In this document: piece by piece, positions 32,456-34,344 of the stretch
Layout of the letters: each line of letters opens with the position of its first letter
Numbering within the stretch: the first letter of the stretch is position 1
Assembly (NCBI RefSeq): GCF_001194135.2
Contig: NC_068986.1
Coordinates: forward strand, 27,338,945-27,373,288
Direction of reading: 5' to 3'
Origin: Octopus bimaculoides
Taxonomy: Eukaryota
Length of the DNA stretch: 34,344 nucleotides
The notes under the pieces: model-generated
The model's database searches: none
Told to the model about the DNA's origin: nothing
The model's input: only the letters and a program-made list of their open reading frames with translations
Position numbers and translations under genes: made by a program

Positions 32456-32600
32456 TGTATAGTTAGAAGGAAGACCTTGTGCCTGCATGTGTGTGTGTGT
32501 GTGTGTGTGAGATATATGTTTATAATATGCGTGTGTGTCGTGTTGATGTGTAAGTGTAGTATATATTTTAATATTATTCTAACCTGTTTCTTCTATTCAG

Positions 32601-32675
32601 TTTTCTATATGGTGCCTTTCTTTTCTCTGGATGCAACTGACAAAATATGAACCCCTAACCTTTTGCGCTGACCAA
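32601..32675 (+). CDS. Candidate exon (phase 0): FSIWCLSFLWMQLTKYEPLTFCADQ
   Basis: Branch-point-like TTCTAAC (32577-32583), pyrimidine tract and CAG at 32598-32600, with an open frame to CAA|GTAACC (32676) or CCGG|GTAACC (32686). The donors are only moderate. Confidence 0.25.
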
Positions 32676-33149
32676 GTAACCCCGGGTAACCTATAAGGAA
32701 GTGACTAACTTTCCTCTCTCCAAGGAGAAAGAAAGAGGATGTAGTCTTGAGAAAGAAAGAAAGAGAGAGAGAGAGAAAATAAAAAAAATAAAACTGATAA
32801 CAAGGTTTCAGAATGTGAATGAGATAGGATGAGTGGTAGCATCAGGNNNNNNNNNNNNNNNNNNNNNNNNNNNNNNNNNNNNNNNNNNNNNNNNNNNNNN
32901 NNNNNNNNNNNNNNNNNNNNNNNNNNNNNNNNNNNNNNNNNNNNNNNNNNNNNNNNNNAGTGGGGGGTGGGTAGGTGGGACAGAACATGTTGATAACAGT
33001 TTAGAAGTGCTGGGTAAACAGTGTGCTCTTTCTCATCACCTGACTATAGTTGCATGTGTATATATATCTCTGTGTGTGTATGTATGTATGTATGTACATC
33101 GCTTCATCTATTTTACCCCACTCTCCTTTGTGTTCTCTTTCTCTCTGTC

Positions 33150-33191
<42 letters not shown>

Positions 33192-33290
33192 CTCCCTCTC
33201 TCTCTCTTGTCTTCCTCTCTTGTCTCCCTCACTCTCTCTTGTCTCCCTCACTCTCTCTTGTCTCCCTCACTCTCTCTTGTCTCCCTCTCT

Positions 33291-33325
<35 letters not shown>
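33150..33325. repeat. (CT)n tract containing a 19-bp minisatellite (CTCTCTTGTCTCCCTCACT)
   Basis: The TTGTC anchor recurs at 33188, 33207, 33220, 33239, 33258, 33277 and 33290. Confidence 0.9.
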
Positions 33326-33326
<1 letters not shown>

Positions 33327-34077
33327 CCCTAACATTTGGGTAGTGTTTGGGTTATGTAAACCCTGTGCCTGTTTATCTCGCCCCTTATCCTTTGCCACCA
33401 GATGGAAACTCAACCCTGTTAGTACTGTCTTGTTCTGCGCACTAGGAAGGGTGTGATATTTCGGCTTCTTCATCACTCCTTTCTCCTTCCCTTCTTCCAC
33501 CCTTCCCAGACTCAAAGTATCATCATCATCATCATACATCCCACCCCACCTTCCCCCTCCTACCCATCNNNNNNNNNNATCATGATCTCGCTCTCTGTTC
33601 ATATCCTAGTCTGTCGGAACATCTTGCCCAGCTTCCTTCTGTTAACAATATTCCACAGCAAGGTACCTCCTCCACCCTTGCCCTCTTCCGACACACGCAT
33701 GCACACACACTCACACATACATACACATACACCCACACACACGCATGCAAGCGCATACACTGGCCTCAAAGAACTTTTTGGGGGTTAACAAATATGCCAA
33801 ACATAGATAAATACTTTTCAGACCAACCAGTGAGTACATCCCTTGTTGTTTTTAAGTATTTCATCTGTTTCTCTTCATATCTAGAAATATATACTCACAC
33901 GCATAACAGCACACACACACATGCTCTCTCTCTGTCTCTCTCTCTCTTTCACCCACACACACACACCCTCACACATGTACAAGATTTTTAGAAGCACACT
34001 TTATTGCTCTGTTCTCGCATATGCTCACACCTGCATTAGCATATGTGTACATGCACTCTTTCACAAACAGACATCTC

Positions 34078-34080
<3 letters not shown>

Positions 34081-34132
<52 letters not shown>
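34081..34132. repeat. (CA)n microsatellite
   Basis: Directly visible. Confidence 0.95.
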
Positions 34133-34134
<2 letters not shown>

Positions 34135-34344
34135 CCTTATTATTTTATACACACTTGCACATTAATAAAGTCATATACACACATTTGAATAGATTTATGT
34201 ACATCTGTGTGTATACAAATACTAGTTTGTGCACGTATATGTATGCTCTCACTCTCTCTTTTCTATCTCTCTCTCTCTTTTCTATCTCTCTCTCTCTCAC
34301 TTTATCTTTCTCTCTCACACACACATACACTTGTTCTTATTCTA

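Noticed and set aside
32833-33788. Several 100-200 aa ORFs near the right end
   Set aside because: Built from (CT)n, (CA)n, (CAT)n and N-gaps.

Overview
AT-rich, microsatellite-dense eukaryotic genomic DNA with six N-gaps. The SINE/LINE sequences look like those I recall from Octopus (coleoid cephalopod). This organism call is an inference from repeat recognition, not a search. No prokaryotic features, CRISPR array, true tRNA/rRNA gene or complete CDS is supportable. The best gene signal is a CpG-retaining unique region at about 1.55-2.35 kb with a YY1-type AACATGGCGG start and a GTAAGT donor (MAEMCCNRFHYRL), which is probably the first coding exon of a + strand gene. Most of the rest then reads as intron-like DNA filled with mobile elements: at least four SINE-type families, RTE, R4/Dong and HERO-like non-LTR remnants, a Helentron-type non-autonomous element and a TTAA-flanked MITE pair. 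A few unverified exon candidates are also present. The most interesting structure is a five-element SINE stack at 31.4-32.5 kb. It places one antisense copy between two sense copies whose 3' parts are near-identical, which predicts competing dsRNA hairpins with A-C mismatches (possible ADAR substrate) and suggests local gene conversion. I found no convincing evidence for a novel multi-gene system. Nearly all ORFs in the supplied track are artefacts of simple repeats or gaps.
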